A stretch of 64,000 bases of DNA, taken from NCBI RefSeq assembly GCF_035084215.1, contig NC_090328.1, positions 127,286,001 through 127,350,000 of the forward strand, written 5' to 3'. This document shows positions 62,598 through 64,000 of the stretch, piece by piece. Both the position numbers and the translations under genes were made by a program. This DNA is from Heptranchias perlo. Lineage: Eukaryota. Under the pieces are notes generated by a model. That model saw only the letters and a list, made by a program, of their open reading frames with translations, searched no databases and had not been told where the DNA came from. Within the stretch, counting starts at the first letter, position 1; each line of letters starts with the position of its first letter.

Positions 62598-63476
62598 AAT
62601 GGCTCAGGAGGACTGCGACAAAATACAGGAAGACATTAATAAACTTGCAGAATGTGCACGTAATTGGCAAATTAATTTCAATATAGCTAAGTGTGAGGTA
62701 TTACGTTTTGGTAGGAAGAATAAGTGGGCCACATACTGCTTGGATAATAAGAGTCTAAATGGGGTAGAGGAGCAGAGGGATCTGGGGCTACAGATACACA
62801 AATCACTAAAAGTAACGATGCAGGTTAATAAGGCTATAAAAAAGGTAAACCAAGCACTGGGGTTCATTTCTAGAGGGATAGTATTGAAAAGCCGAGAAGT
62901 TATGTTAAGCTTGGTTAGACCATACTTGGAGTACTGTGAACAGTTCTGGTCTCCACATTATAAAAAGGATACAGAGGCACTGGAGAAGATGCAAAAACAA
63001 TTTACTAGGATGATACCAGAACTGGGAGTTATACCTATCAAGATTGAGCAAGCAGTGGCTCTTTATCTAGAAAAGAGAAGACTGAGGGGTGACCAGATAG
63101 AGGTCTTTAAGATTGTGAAAGGGTTTGATAGGGTGGACGTAGGGAGGAAGTTTCCACTTTTGGGGGAGACCAGAACAAGGGGCCATAAATATAAGATAAT
63201 CACTAATAAATCCAATAGGGAATTCAGGAGAAACCTTTTTACCCAGAGAGTGGTTGGGATGTGGAACTCGCTACCACAAGGAGTAGTTGAGGCGACTAGC
63301 ATGGATGCATTTAAAGGGAAGCTAGATAAACACATGAGGGAGAAAGAAATAGAAAGATATGCTGATAGGGTTGGATGAAGTTGGGAGGGAGAAGGCTCGT
63401 GTGGAGGATAAACACCAGCATGGACTTGTGAGCTGAATGGCCTGTTTCTGTGCTGTACATTCTATGTAATTCTATG
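62598..63476 (+). mobile_element. CR1 3' fragment (RT C-terminus, 259-aa ORF, tail)
   Basis: WQINFNIAKCEVLRFG, LVRPYLEYCEQFWSP; TTCTATGTAATTCTATG tail. Confidence 0.88.
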
Positions 63477-63479
63477 GCA

Positions 63480-64000
63480 ATTCCGATTCCCAGATCCAAA
63501 TAGTTTGTGTAAATGGTGAACAACAGTGGTCCAAGGACTGATCCTTGTGGAACACCACTTCCCACCTTTTGCCAGGCTGAGTAACTACCTTTAACCCCTA
63601 CTCTGTTTTCTGTTTTGTAGCCAGCTTGCTATCCATTCTGCTACTTGTCCCCTGACTCCACATGCTCTGACCTTAGTCATGAGTCTACTATGCGGTACCT
63701 TATCGAAGGCCTTTTGATAATCCAAATATATTACATCTGCTACATTACTCTTGCCTACCCTTTTTGTTACTTCGTCAAAGAATTCAACAAGGATGGTAAA
63801 GCATGACGTTCCCTCCCAAAATCCGTGCTGACTATTTTTTATTATATCTTCAGTTTCTAGATGTTTTTCTATTACATCTTTGAGTAAGGATTCCATTATC
63901 TTTCCTATCACCGACGTTTAGCTAATTGGTCTATAGATCCCTGGACTGGTTCTACCTCCCTTTTTAAATATAGGAATCACTTTAACTGTCCACCAGTCCT
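63480..64000 (-). mobile_element. CR1 RT N-terminal/central fragment, runs off the window edge
   Basis: SQHGF, YLDYQKAFDKVPH and SGVPQGSVLGPLLFTIY motifs. Confidence 0.88.

Overview
Eukaryotic (vertebrate) genomic DNA. The SacSINE1/DeuSINE-like SINEs and the CR1/L2 families suggest a cartilaginous fish. The window lies inside an axonemal dynein heavy chain gene on the minus strand that I recognise as DNAH6. Twelve consecutive GT-AG exons (62396 down to 20205, 2257 nt, about 752 codons) splice in frame and cover AAA1, AAA2 and the start of AAA3. I found no further exon between 20204 and 1. The introns are packed with CR1 LINEs (two near full length, several nested), L2 fragments, tRNA-derived SINEs, PIF/Harbinger derivatives (transposase and Myb/SANT remnants) and hairpin MITEs. 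The most striking object is a ~3 kb retroelement at 51902-54937 (-). It has a tRNA-Thr(AGT)-derived Pol III head (A and B boxes) and a SINE-like core fused directly to an endonuclease-reverse transcriptase ORF, with no ORF1 and no in-frame AUG. By eye its sense strand has no TTTT Pol III terminator over 3 kb. This makes it a candidate Pol III-transcribed, protein-coding SINE-LINE hybrid, with five shorter 3' copies in the window. Repeat boundaries were read by eye and are approximate unless a TSD or TIR is quoted.
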